Shown: positions 19,661-28,885 of the stretch, in pieces
Numbering within the stretch: the stretch's first letter is position 1
Layout of the letters: every line of letters begins with the position of its first letter
Virus record (IMG/VR): IMGVR_UViG_3300034684_000299
Location: 121,438-185,437 of that record
Source of the DNA: a virus
DNA: 64,000 nt
Direction: 5' to 3' (one strand)
Made by a program: the position numbers and the translations under genes
Notes under the pieces: model-generated
Told to the model about the DNA's origin: nothing
The model's database searches: none
The model's input: only the letters and a program-made list of their open reading frames with translations

Positions 19661-19708
19661 GTTTTTATAGAATATTAAATAAGTTTATCTACTAATGATC
19701 AGATTTTT

Positions 19709-19739
19709 GTTGACTTATTTATTGTTAGTGTGGTACAAT
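19709..19739 (+). promoter_or_regulatory. Sigma70-type promoter
   Basis: TTGACT, 18 nt spacer ending in TGG, then TACAAT. Confidence 0.55.
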
Positions 19740-19778
19740 CGAATTAATCAGTATTTACCGAAAGAAAGAGGGAAAAGT

Positions 19779-20264
19779 ATGACTTTTGAAGAATTTGATA
19801 AATATATAAAGAAATTATGCAATAGTACTTATTATGTCATAGTAATGCAAAAAGAAGATTTGAAACAATTAGGATTAGAATATTTTTTCAGGTATATAAT
19901 TGAAAAGATAGAAACGGGATATCCTTTGGTAAAACCAGAACAAATAGATTTATTTATCTCTGAAGGATTAATTGAATCTGATAGAGCGGTTATGACACCC
20001 GGAGAGTTTGAGAAATTTAAAAAAGAAGGATGTTTGATGTTAGGATTTTCATACCAGATGCAAAGTTTAGAAATCTTTCCATATTGTCCTAATCAAAAAT
20101 ATTTTTATAGACCGTATTGGCCTTATTATCTCGATGATGAAGACCCAGAAGAATGGATGAGTATATCTTGGAGCAATTTTAGTGAAAAGTTGTTCGATAT
20201 TTTTGTTGATTATATAGAAAAACAGCAACAAAAAATATTAAAATTAATTGAAAAAGGAGAGTGA
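19779..20264 (+). CDS. Hypothetical protein (family D-like)
   Basis: Start moved to MTFEEF; FEKFKKEGCLMLGF and YW motifs. Confidence 0.7.
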   Translation: MTFEEFDKYIKKLCNSTYYVIVMQKEDLKQLGLEYFFRYIIEKIETGYPLVKPEQIDLFISEGLIESDRAVMTPGEFEKFKKEGCLMLGFSYQMQSLEIFPYCPNQKYFYRPYWPYYLDDEDPEEWMSISWSNFSEKLFDIFVDYIEKQQQKILKLIEKGE

Positions 20265-20268
20265 AAAA

Positions 20269-20574
20269 ATGGCAGATTTAAAAACTTTAAGGAGTTTGAT
20301 TTATGGGGACTATCTCGAGGTAACGTTAACACCAAAAGTTTTAAAAAAATTAGTTGGAAATAGGTATTATTTACCAGAAACATGTCAGGGCAATGTAACT
20401 TTTACTTTTGACAAAACAAACAATACAACTGAAATTTTTAAACAATGGTTTAAAGACAACGAATTTGATTGGCGAGAAAAAAAGTTATTTATGTGGGGAA
20501 GAGCTGATGATGATGAAATAGAAGCTTGGTGCACAATCCTTGAACATGTAAAAGGCACATCAGCTGTTCAATAA
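20269..20574 (+). CDS. Hypothetical protein (family J, D-related)
   Basis: LEVTLT...TFTFDKT...WCTILEHVKGTSAVQ; paralog of 20597. Confidence 0.8.
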   Translation: MADLKTLRSLIYGDYLEVTLTPKVLKKLVGNRYYLPETCQGNVTFTFDKTNNTTEIFKQWFKDNEFDWREKKLFMWGRADDDEIEAWCTILEHVKGTSAVQ

Positions 20575-20596
20575 TTTATAAAAAGGAGGAAACAAA

Positions 20597-20908
20597 ATGG
20601 CAAATTTGCAAACTGTAAGGGATTTAATTAATGGGCTCTGGTTTGAGGTAACATTAACATCAAAAGCTTATAAAAAAATATTTAAAAACATAAGGGAGCA
20701 ACCAGCAACACTTGATTATGATATAACTTTTACTTTTGATAAAACAAAAAATACAACTAATATTCTCAAACATTATTTTAAAGAAGGTGAATTTGATTGG
20801 TATGAAAAGAAAGAAATTTTTTGGGATAGTGCTGATGAGAATGAAATAGAAGAATGGTGTACAATCCTTGAACATGTAAAAAGGACATCAGCTGTTCAAC
20901 AATTTTAA
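20597..20908 (+). CDS. Hypothetical protein (family J, D-related)
   Basis: FEVTLT...TFTFDKT...WCTILEHVKRTSAVQ. Confidence 0.8.
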   Translation: MANLQTVRDLINGLWFEVTLTSKAYKKIFKNIREQPATLDYDITFTFDKTKNTTNILKHYFKEGEFDWYEKKEIFWDSADENEIEEWCTILEHVKRTSAVQQF

Positions 20909-20923
20909 AAAGGAGGTAACAAA

Positions 20924-21406
20924 ATGGTTAGTATAGTAGAAGTTTTAAAGGGACAAAACGAATGGCAAAATATAGTAGATCAGATTAAAAATCATTACAC
21001 AAAACAAGAAGAACAAAATGCACATATCAAGAATCTTGAAAACGTTTTTGAAGAGATAAAAATACCTGACGATTGGGAGGTGATCATTGCAGGATTTGAA
21101 TTCAATGAGCCAAGTGTCCCATCATATATATCTGTGAACTTATATAAAAAAGATGGGAAAAAGCCTCTATTCTTTTTCTATATTGCCCTAAATAGAGGTT
21201 CCACATTTGAAGAAGAGAAATATAAATATAAAATATTTGTAAGAGATCTTACGCTTCACTTTTATGACCCTGAAATTCGAATATTAATTGATGAACCTGA
21301 TACTCCAGATTTTTACAAAAATATAGATCTTGATAAGCTGTTAGAAAAGTATGATGAATTAAATTCTTTATTTCAGAATTTTTATAAAAAGGAGGTAACA
21401 AAATGA
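20924..21406 (+). CDS. Hypothetical protein (family G)
   Basis: FEEIKIPDDWEV...PSYISVNLY...LLEKYDELNSLF. Confidence 0.75.
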   Translation: MVSIVEVLKGQNEWQNIVDQIKNHYTKQEEQNAHIKNLENVFEEIKIPDDWEVIIAGFEFNEPSVPSYISVNLYKKDGKKPLFFFYIALNRGSTFEEEKYKYKIFVRDLTLHFYDPEIRILIDEPDTPDFYKNIDLDKLLEKYDELNSLFQNFYKKEVTK

Positions 21407-21879
21407 GAATAGTTATTATTTGGCCAAAAGATACAAAGAATTATGTAGAGGAAGGTAACAAAGATATAGGTTCAAACTTAACTATTTATCCACCAGTAGG
21501 TCATAATCCCATTGAAATTTTATGGGAAGAAAGAGATTTTGATGGGTATATATGGAGGTCTGAATTTGAATGTGATGTTAAAGACAAAGTATGGGCTGAA
21601 CAATGGAAAACGGAAAAGGATCACTCAAGATTTTATATAAAAAAATATGCCCATGAAGATGTACTAAAAAGAGGGTTTGAACCAGACGAATTAAAATTTC
21701 TTAATGCCTATAGAGACAGATTTCTTCTTATAGGTATAAGGGGTAATACTCCCATTGAAGGAATGCAAGATTTGTACATTTGGGATAATGAAACTAAAGA
21801 GAAATATCTAATGGAATATACACACCCGGCAAATTTTGACAGTTTTAAAAAGAAATTAGAAGAATTGCACTTAATTTAA
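21403..21879 (+). CDS. Hypothetical protein (family H)
   Basis: IWPKDTK...ECDVKDKVW...YAHEDVLKRGF...LYIWDN; paralog of 22442. Confidence 0.85.
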   Translation: MRIVIIWPKDTKNYVEEGNKDIGSNLTIYPPVGHNPIEILWEERDFDGYIWRSEFECDVKDKVWAEQWKTEKDHSRFYIKKYAHEDVLKRGFEPDELKFLNAYRDRFLLIGIRGNTPIEGMQDLYIWDNETKEKYLMEYTHPANFDSFKKKLEELHLI

Positions 21880-21899
21880 TAATAATAAGGAGTGAAAAA

Positions 21900-22172
21900 A
21901 TGGTAGAGATGAAAAAATATGAAGTAAGAATAGATAGGGAATATCTTGTTGAAATTTATGCTAAAAATGCAGAAGAAGCTGAAGAGTATGTTCAAACATA
22001 TTTAGGCAATTTAGTTGATGAATCAACTCCTAAAGATCAAGAAGAGAAAAATTTCAAAATATCCGATATGGAACTCTTATGGAGCGAAGTTTTAGACTGT
22101 CAAGAAGCTGAAATTAAGGAAAAAGCAAGAAAAATGGGTGTATTTGATAGGTTTTTTGGGGCAAAATATTAA
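21900..22172 (+). CDS. Small acidic protein (family I)
   Basis: YEVRIDREYLVEIYA...DESTP. Confidence 0.75.
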   Translation: MVEMKKYEVRIDREYLVEIYAKNAEEAEEYVQTYLGNLVDESTPKDQEEKNFKISDMELLWSEVLDCQEAEIKEKARKMGVFDRFFGAKY

Positions 22173-22206
22173 ACTCAAAAAAACAAATTATTAAGGAGGC
22201 AAAAAA

Positions 22207-22425
22207 ATGAAAGAATTTGAAGTGGTACTATCTAGAGATTATGTTGTAAGAATCAAGGCTGAGAATAAAGAGAAAGCAAAAGAATATGCAGAAATATTTA
22301 TTGGTGACCCAAAAGACGAATCCACACCAGAAGATAGGGAAGAAAAAAGATTTGAAATTTTAGAGATTAGTTCAGAATTCAACGAAGCATTAGATTGCGA
22401 AGAAGTAGAAGAAATAGAAGAATAA
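22207..22425 (+). CDS. Small acidic protein (family I)
   Basis: FEVVLSRDYVVRIKA...DESTP. Confidence 0.75.
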   Translation: MKEFEVVLSRDYVVRIKAENKEKAKEYAEIFIGDPKDESTPEDREEKRFEILEISSEFNEALDCEEVEEIEE

Positions 22426-22441
22426 AAGGAGATGATGGTTA

Positions 22442-22915
22442 GTGGAAATGGTAAGAATTTGGCAAAAAGATACAAAAGTGTTTTTGGAAAAATCACCCGA
22501 GAATTTTAAATCTAGTTTGACTCTTTTAGCACCGGAAGGGCAAAATCCACCAAAGATTTTGTGGTGGGAAGAGCCAAATTTTAATGGGCATGAGTGGCAA
22601 AAAGAGTTTGAATGTAACGTGAAAGATAAGGTTTGGATTGAACATTGGAAAAAAGTAGACAATATAGAGTTTAAAGTAGAATATGCACACAAAGATGTTC
22701 TAGAAAGAGGATTTACACCTGAAGAATTGAAGTTTCTGAACGTATACAGAGATAAATTTTTGTTGTTAGCTATTCCCAAAGACAGCGAAAGTGAAACAAT
22801 AGAAGATTTGTATATTTGGGATAACAGCACTAAAGAGAAATATTTGTTACCGGATGATTTCACGTGCAAATTGGAAGAATTTAAACTAGAATTAGAAAAA
22901 CTTAAACTAATCTAA
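22442..22915 (+). CDS. Hypothetical protein (family H)
   Basis: IWQKDTK...ECNVKDKVW...YAHKDVLERGF...LYIWDN. Confidence 0.85.
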   Translation: MEMVRIWQKDTKVFLEKSPENFKSSLTLLAPEGQNPPKILWWEEPNFNGHEWQKEFECNVKDKVWIEHWKKVDNIEFKVEYAHKDVLERGFTPEELKFLNVYRDKFLLLAIPKDSESETIEDLYIWDNSTKEKYLLPDDFTCKLEEFKLELEKLKLI

Positions 22916-22935
22916 AGTCATAAAACTCACCTTCT

Positions 22936-22962
22936 CCCCACCTAAACAGGTGGGGCTTTTTT
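22936..22962 (+). terminator. Intrinsic terminator resembling an IS605 end hairpin
   Basis: CCCCACCT-aaac-AGGTGGGG-cTTTTTT. Confidence 0.7.
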
Positions 22963-22978
22963 CAAAATTTTATTTTTT

Positions 22979-22989
22979 TTGGTATATAT
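22979..22989 (+). promoter_or_regulatory. TTGGTATATAT motif (copy 3)
   Basis: Directly after a terminator, upstream of 23020. Confidence 0.6.
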
Positions 22990-23019
22990 TAGTTAATATA
23001 TATTAAAGGAGGGATTTTA

Positions 23020-23346
23020 ATGGGAAATATGATTACTAAGGAAGATTTTTTGGAATTGTTATACAGCCCCATAGTAACTAAAGCATTGGAAATTACTGAT
23101 ATGGAAAAGATCTCAAAAGAAGAGTTTGACAGAATAATGGAAAATGCAAATGATGAAGAAGATAAACTTTTTATGCAATATAAAGGGTTTATTGCATACA
23201 CTTTTGATTCATACAATCAAGAAACCAAAATCAGGATATTTTCTAAAGTTGAAAACAATATCCAACACAAAGGATTCTTTTGTGAAAAATGGAGTGAAGT
23301 AACTCCAGAGAAGTTTGAACTATGGGCAAAAATTTTGCAATACTAA
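23020..23346 (+). CDS. Hypothetical protein (family D)
   Basis: TKEDF...KGFIAYTFD...WSEVTPEKFELWAKIL. Confidence 0.8.
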   Translation: MGNMITKEDFLELLYSPIVTKALEITDMEKISKEEFDRIMENANDEEDKLFMQYKGFIAYTFDSYNQETKIRIFSKVENNIQHKGFFCEKWSEVTPEKFELWAKILQY

Positions 23347-23361
23347 AAGGAGGTAATTTGT

Positions 23362-24510
23362 GTGATTATACAAGGAAAATATAATTTTGCTAAGGTATTT
23401 ACAGAAAATATAGAAGAACAAGCTATTGAACAAATAAAAGAATTTTTAGATCAAGAATTCTCTAAAGATCTAAAGATACGAATAATGCCAGATGCACATG
23501 CAGGTGCAGGATGTGTAATTGGTACTACTATTTACTATCCTAAGAATGATAAAATAATTCCTAATCTGGTTGGAGTTGATATAGGTTGTGGAGTACAAGT
23601 GGTGAAACTAGAAGAGAAAGATATAGATTATGCTAAATTAGACGAAGTTATAAGACAAGAAATTCCTTCTGGTTTTCATGTACGTAATGTTCCACATAAA
23701 TACGCTGAAAAAATACGAATAGAAGAGTTAATGATGTGCGTTTATAACATAAACTGGCGAAGAGCACAATTAAGCATAGGAACATTAGGGGGAGGAAACC
23801 ACTTTATTGAAGTCGATAGAAATGACGATGGAGAGCTATATTTGGTAGTACATTCCGGGAGCAGATATTTAGGTAAGGAGATAGCGGATTACTATCAAAA
23901 ATTGGCTGGTGCTTCCCTTACTGGTTATCCAATAGAACAAAAAAAGAGTATCAAAAAGAAACTTCAAGAAATGGGAATACCAAAAGACTTAGCATATCTA
24001 GAAGGAGAAGATTTAAGAAAGTATTTGTACGATATGGATATAGCACAACATTTTGCTATTTTGAACAGGATGGCTATTATAGACACTATTGTTGAAAAAA
24101 TGAGATTCAAAGTTATAGATAGATTTGAGTCTGTACATAATTATATAGATATAGACAATATGATACTGAGAAAAGGAGCTGTATCTGCTCAATTTGGACA
24201 AAGGTTAATCATTCCAATAAATATGAAAGATGGTAGTTTGATATGTGTAGGAAAAGGTAATCCAGATTGGAATTATTCGGCTCCTCATGGTGCAGGTAGG
24301 ATAATGGGCAGACGGCAAGCAAAAGAAACTCTGTCTTTAGATGAATACAAGTATGCAATGGCAGGTGTTTATTCGACGTCTGTTAATGAAGATACAATAG
24401 ATGAAGCACCTATGGCATATAAACCAATAGAAGAAATAGAAGCAAACATAAAAGATACAGTAGAGATCTTGGAAAGGATATATCCAGTTTACAATTTCAA
24501 AGCTAATTAG
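23362..24510 (+). CDS. rtcB: RtcB RNA-splicing/repair ligase
   Basis: MPDAHAGAGCVIG, GVDIGCG, GTLGGGNHFIE, HSGSR, HNY, SAPHGAGR, DEAPMAYK. Confidence 0.95.
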   Translation: MIIQGKYNFAKVFTENIEEQAIEQIKEFLDQEFSKDLKIRIMPDAHAGAGCVIGTTIYYPKNDKIIPNLVGVDIGCGVQVVKLEEKDIDYAKLDEVIRQEIPSGFHVRNVPHKYAEKIRIEELMMCVYNINWRRAQLSIGTLGGGNHFIEVDRNDDGELYLVVHSGSRYLGKEIADYYQKLAGASLTGYPIEQKKSIKKKLQEMGIPKDLAYLEGEDLRKYLYDMDIAQHFAILNRMAIIDTIVEKMRFKVIDRFESVHNYIDIDNMILRKGAVSAQFGQRLIIPINMKDGSLICVGKGNPDWNYSAPHGAGRIMGRRQAKETLSLDEYKYAMAGVYSTSVNEDTIDEAPMAYKPIEEIEANIKDTVEILERIYPVYNFKAN

Positions 24511-24532
24511 TCTTAAAAAAGGAGGAGCTCAT

Positions 24533-25270
24533 ATGCTGAAAAGTTATAGAATACTAATAAAAGATGCATATAAAGATGAATTTAAAGGAGATCTTGAAAT
24601 ATGTAGTATATTAGTGCCAGTAGGTGAAGACGAAAGGGAAAAAGCATTACAATTAATTCCTGATTTAAAGAATTTAAATTGGGAAATTGAAGAAGAGAAA
24701 ACGATAACAAATGAGCCAATGGAGACTGGAGTGTACGATGAAGAATTCTATATTAACGTAGTTCAAAAAGTTATCGGTATTAACTTCGAACCAGTAGAGT
24801 TTGTTAAATACGCTTTGTTTGATAATAAACATAACTTATTTAACAACATTGATTACAAACAAAAAGATTTTAAAAGCATTATAGAAATGCGGGAATATAT
24901 ATTGGAAAAATTCGAACCTGTTGCTATGAAAGAGATATTTCTGATAGAAAATGGTGTTGTTAAATTAACTGATAAACACGAAATAAATTCCAAACCTGTA
25001 GGGTTTATGTATATAACTAAAAAAGATATGGAAAACAATGATTTATCCAAGAAAGATTGTGAAGATATATTAGAAGAAGAGTTCAAATATTACAAAGCAT
25101 TTGTAGAAGGAGAATTGTTTCTGATAGAAATATATGATTTAAAAGAAATTTATAAAGATGGTATAGAACCTTTAGGTACAATGGTATATTATGGTTTTGA
25201 GAGTGTCGAAAAGTTGTTGAATGGGAATATAGAGGATTATTCATATTTTAAAAAAAATAAGAGGAGGTAA
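24533..25270 (+). CDS. Hypothetical protein (family B)
   Basis: MLKSYRILIKD...VGFMYIT...YKAFVEGELF. Confidence 0.85.
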   Translation: MLKSYRILIKDAYKDEFKGDLEICSILVPVGEDEREKALQLIPDLKNLNWEIEEEKTITNEPMETGVYDEEFYINVVQKVIGINFEPVEFVKYALFDNKHNLFNNIDYKQKDFKSIIEMREYILEKFEPVAMKEIFLIENGVVKLTDKHEINSKPVGFMYITKKDMENNDLSKKDCEDILEEEFKYYKAFVEGELFLIEIYDLKEIYKDGIEPLGTMVYYGFESVEKLLNGNIEDYSYFKKNKRR

Positions 25271-25275
25271 AAAAA

Positions 25276-25638
25276 ATGAAAGTTGAAGAATTCAAAAATA
25301 TAATAAGTAAAGAGAAAAAGAAACATAATAGTTTGATAATCAAAATAACTAAAAAAAAGCTTGAAAATATAATTCCAAAATATTTTGAATATATAAAAAA
25401 GAATATTGCTGATGGGATAGTCCACAAAGAAGAAGTAGAAAATGAAAAATGGAATTGTTTATATCTTGAAATTGATCCACAATATCAAGATATTTTTTTC
25501 TATTTATCAACAGAGGATATTAAAAATGATGGTAGTTTTATGTTTAGAAAAAAATTCAATGAAGTGTCTGAAGAAGAATTAGAAATTTTAAGTAATCTAT
25601 TTAGTAATGACAAATTTTACTACAAACCAAAAAAATAG
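25276..25638 (+). CDS. Hypothetical protein (family D)
   Basis: MKVEEFK...FNEVSEEELEIL. Confidence 0.75.
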   Translation: MKVEEFKNIISKEKKKHNSLIIKITKKKLENIIPKYFEYIKKNIADGIVHKEEVENEKWNCLYLEIDPQYQDIFFYLSTEDIKNDGSFMFRKKFNEVSEEELEILSNLFSNDKFYYKPKK

Positions 25639-25677
25639 AAAACAATTAAGAGAAATTTCTAAAAATGTTTGTCAAAA

Positions 25678-25688
25678 TTGGTATATAT
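25678..25688 (+). promoter_or_regulatory. TTGGTATATAT motif (copy 4)
   Basis: Intergenic, upstream of 25757. Confidence 0.6.
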
Positions 25689-25756
25689 CTTCTAGAAATT
25701 TGAAGTATTTAAGGAAGGAAGATTGGGACGACAAAATATAAGAGGAGGTAAAAAAA

Positions 25757-26176
25757 ATGAAAGTTGAAGAATTCAAAAAGAGTGTCTTAAACAGTTTAGA
25801 TGAAATACCTGAATTACCGTATGGTTCAGTGTTCATTGAGATGCATTATGATAAAGCCGATTACCAAAAAACTTTAGACGAAATATTAGATCAAGAAGAA
25901 ATGAGTGTTAAAGAAATAGAAGAAACATTAAAAGAAGCACAAAATGAGCCATATAGAATAGCTGATAATTTGACTGATATTTATACAGCCGATCTTTTGG
26001 AATGGTATATGAAAGATCTTGACAGAATTTCTTATTTAGACGAAGCTCTCAAAAATTTAGAAGCACCAGATGGTATTACTGCTTTGTCAGAAGGACAATT
26101 TTTATATTGGGAAGAGGTAGTATCAGAAGTAATTGAAAAGGGACTTGAAACACTTAAAAACTTTAAAAAAAAATAA
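25757..26176 (+). CDS. Putative Ocr-like DNA mimic (family C)
   Basis: IADNLTDIYTADLLEWY...EGQFLYWEEVV. Confidence 0.5.
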   Translation: MKVEEFKKSVLNSLDEIPELPYGSVFIEMHYDKADYQKTLDEILDQEEMSVKEIEETLKEAQNEPYRIADNLTDIYTADLLEWYMKDLDRISYLDEALKNLEAPDGITALSEGQFLYWEEVVSEVIEKGLETLKNFKKK

Positions 26177-26191
26177 GAGGAGGAATTTAAA

Positions 26192-26935
26192 ATGCCAAAT
26201 TGGGTATATAACAATCTAACGTTAAAAGCTAAAAGCGAAAAAAGATTATTAGAAGTAATTCAAGAAATAACTAGCGACGAAGACGGAAAAATGGTATTAG
26301 ATTTCAACAAGATAATTCCAGCTCCGGCGAATGTCTTTCAAGCATCATACAATGAAAGTACTATTGAAGCATTGAATGCTTATATAAACTTAAACAACAT
26401 TACTTCTGATGAAGAGTTAAATAAAGTATTAAAAGATCCGCACTGGGAAGATGAAACACCTAAGTTTGAATTTATAGACATGACAAAGAAAGAATTTGTG
26501 GAAAAATACAAAGATATGAAATATAAACCTAAAATAGAGATTGTGAGTTGGTACGACTGGAATACAGCTTGTTGGGATACCAAATGGAATGCGTATACTA
26601 GAAATATTGAACTATCAGGAGATACGGCATACATTGAATTCGAAACAGCTTGGTCTGCACCTGAAGACATTTTTAAAGAGCTGAAGAAAAAGTATCCCGA
26701 TATTGTTTTTAAATGGAAGTATTGGGAACCGATGATGGGATGGGCTGGTAGTAATGGATATTATGTAGATGTTAGCGAGGGACTAACAAAATATGTAGAG
26801 TTTTTAATTATGAATGATTTCATTGACGAACCAGAAGAAATTGGTTATACAATGGATGAAGATGGGGATTATAGATGTATGTCAGAAGACGAAAATGAAG
26901 AATGGGAAAAAACAAGGGGTGAATTAAATGACTGA
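26192..26935 (+). CDS. DUF1281/YubB-like ferredoxin-fold protein
   Basis: MPNW start, LDFNKIIPAP, WYDWN...WDTKWNA, FETAWSAP, WEPMMGWAG. Confidence 0.7.
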   Translation: MPNWVYNNLTLKAKSEKRLLEVIQEITSDEDGKMVLDFNKIIPAPANVFQASYNESTIEALNAYINLNNITSDEELNKVLKDPHWEDETPKFEFIDMTKKEFVEKYKDMKYKPKIEIVSWYDWNTACWDTKWNAYTRNIELSGDTAYIEFETAWSAPEDIFKELKKKYPDIVFKWKYWEPMMGWAGSNGYYVDVSEGLTKYVEFLIMNDFIDEPEEIGYTMDEDGDYRCMSEDENEEWEKTRGELND

Positions 26936-27419
26936 TAATCTCACTGTGCAAGATTGGAACAAAATAATAGAAGAAAAAGAAGTCGATTTACTTATAGAAA
27001 TTGAAAATATGATAGATCAGGCGTTTGAAAAAAACGATGATGATGTTTTAAGTGTTATTTTAAACTCAGACGGAGAAGTATATACAAAAATCTTCCATCC
27101 CGGGGAAGAAATTAAGGTAAATGACAACGAAGTGGTAATAGAAAGTCTGTTACCAGAGATGTGTCAATTAGAAAGCGAATTAATGGATTTGCATTATGAA
27201 TTTTTTGAAGAATTGATGTATGAATTAGACCTTATAGAAGAATACAAAAAATTTAAACAACAACATGGGAACAGTACTAATTTCAAGGAATTTCCTATGG
27301 ACAAATTTTATCAATTTCTTCCAAAAGATAAACAAGAGAAAGTGAAAGAATTTATTATTGAAAAGTTCAAAGGAGATTTTTTTAAAAATTACCGTATATA
27401 TCCAAAGTTTTGGAGATGA
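26928..27419 (+). CDS. Acidic hypothetical protein (family F)
   Basis: DWNKII...VILNSDGEVY...FYQFLPKD. Confidence 0.75.
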   Translation: MTDNLTVQDWNKIIEEKEVDLLIEIENMIDQAFEKNDDDVLSVILNSDGEVYTKIFHPGEEIKVNDNEVVIESLLPEMCQLESELMDLHYEFFEELMYELDLIEEYKKFKQQHGNSTNFKEFPMDKFYQFLPKDKQEKVKEFIIEKFKGDFFKNYRIYPKFWR

Positions 27420-27486
27420 GTTAAGTGTTTTAAGGGTTCCTATCAATTGGGATAGGAACCTAATTTTTAAAAAAGGAGGTAATAAA

Positions 27487-27891
27487 ATGAGTCATGGAGG
27501 AAAGAAAAAAGAAATACTTAAAGAAATTGAAGAAATAGAAAGTCAATTTAATGATTGGGAGTGTACTGGCAAAGAAGATTTATATGATGAGACTGTTGAT
27601 TATTTAAAAATAGTGTTTGAAAAACACAAAAATATAACTAAATCGATTTTTTTAAGTTATACAGTAGTTTTTCATGGAAATGTTAGTTGGGAATTGCCAA
27701 TTTTTGATTGTATAATAACTATTGGTAATGCTGGAGATAATATAGGTTTTTGGGAGGAATTTTCACTTATTACATATAACAAATCAGAATATTTAGCAAT
27801 AAAAGATATTCCAAATATTTTAAAGGCAATAGACAATTTTGGAAGTCCTGAAAATAATCTACAACTTTTATTCAATAAAACTATAAGCTAA
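27487..27891 (+). CDS. Hypothetical protein
   Basis: Start moved to MSHGG after AAAGGAGGT. Confidence 0.7.
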   Translation: MSHGGKKKEILKEIEEIESQFNDWECTGKEDLYDETVDYLKIVFEKHKNITKSIFLSYTVVFHGNVSWELPIFDCIITIGNAGDNIGFWEEFSLITYNKSEYLAIKDIPNILKAIDNFGSPENNLQLLFNKTIS

Positions 27892-27921
27892 TTTATTACA
27901 TAACAAAAAGGAGGCTTTAAA

Positions 27922-28731
27922 ATGCTGAGAGAAATACAAGTTTTTGAACAAAATAATCCATTTGAAATTCCTTATGATTATTATTTAGGCAATGTTTTAA
28001 CTCCAGATGAAAATTTAGAAGATACTTATTCAAAATTATCATTCCCAAAAGACACTAAATCCAAAAATCCGCAGTACTATTTCCTCAAAAAAGGAATAAT
28101 AGCTGAAAACACGTTGGGATTAGATGTTAAGACTGATAAATTGTATATGAGTGTAGAAATGTTCGACGGTGATTTGAAATATCAATCATTAGAGAATATC
28201 AAATACGCATTGAATGATGAGAAATATAAATTTTTGAATAACACAACAGTTAATTTTAAGTATTTCAATTATATTTTTGGTTTAAGGGATTACATAATAT
28301 CCGAATATAATCCAATAGCTATAAAATTATTGTCAATAATAGATTCTGGCACTGGCTTTGAATTGAAAGAAGGTATTCTAACAAATTTTGAATCCCGTGA
28401 AATTGGATACATGTTTATCACAGAAAAAACAGCAGAAAAGATGGGATGGAGTAAAGAACAAGCAGAATTAGAACTGCAAAAAGCATTTGAAGATTATAAA
28501 CATTATGTAGAAGGAGAAATATTTTTGATTAATGTATATAATATATACAGCATCTACAAACAATCAAGGAAGATAGAAAGAACCAGGAAATCTAATCTTC
28601 CTTTCATCACATTGATATGTTTTGGAGAAGAAGAATTAAAGAATATATTGGATGAGAAACTTAATGAGATTTTACCAAAAATGTTTAAGTACAAAAAAGA
28701 AGATTTAATTCATGTTGGAAAAGGAAATTAA
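27922..28731 (+). CDS. Hypothetical protein (family B)
   Basis: TDKLYMSV...IGYMFIT...YKHYVEGEIF. Confidence 0.85.
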   Translation: MLREIQVFEQNNPFEIPYDYYLGNVLTPDENLEDTYSKLSFPKDTKSKNPQYYFLKKGIIAENTLGLDVKTDKLYMSVEMFDGDLKYQSLENIKYALNDEKYKFLNNTTVNFKYFNYIFGLRDYIISEYNPIAIKLLSIIDSGTGFELKEGILTNFESREIGYMFITEKTAEKMGWSKEQAELELQKAFEDYKHYVEGEIFLINVYNIYSIYKQSRKIERTRKSNLPFITLICFGEEELKNILDEKLNEILPKMFKYKKEDLIHVGKGN

Positions 28732-28753
28732 ATTTTAGAGAGGAGGAATTTAA

Positions 28754-28885
28754 ATGGCTGAAGATTTGGATGAATTAATAAATGAATATAAAAATAAGAA
28801 TGACGAACTCTCAAAGTCATATAAAAGAGCTTTAGAAATACTAAAAGCAAAAGAAAGTATAGAAGAAAAGAAGGGGGAAAAATGA
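28754..28885 (+). CDS. Small helical protein (43 aa, absent from ORF track)
   Basis: AGGAGG RBS; MAEDLDELINEYKNKNDELSKSYKRALEILKAKESIEEKKGEK; stop overlaps the next start. Confidence 0.6.
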   Translation: MAEDLDELINEYKNKNDELSKSYKRALEILKAKESIEEKKGEK

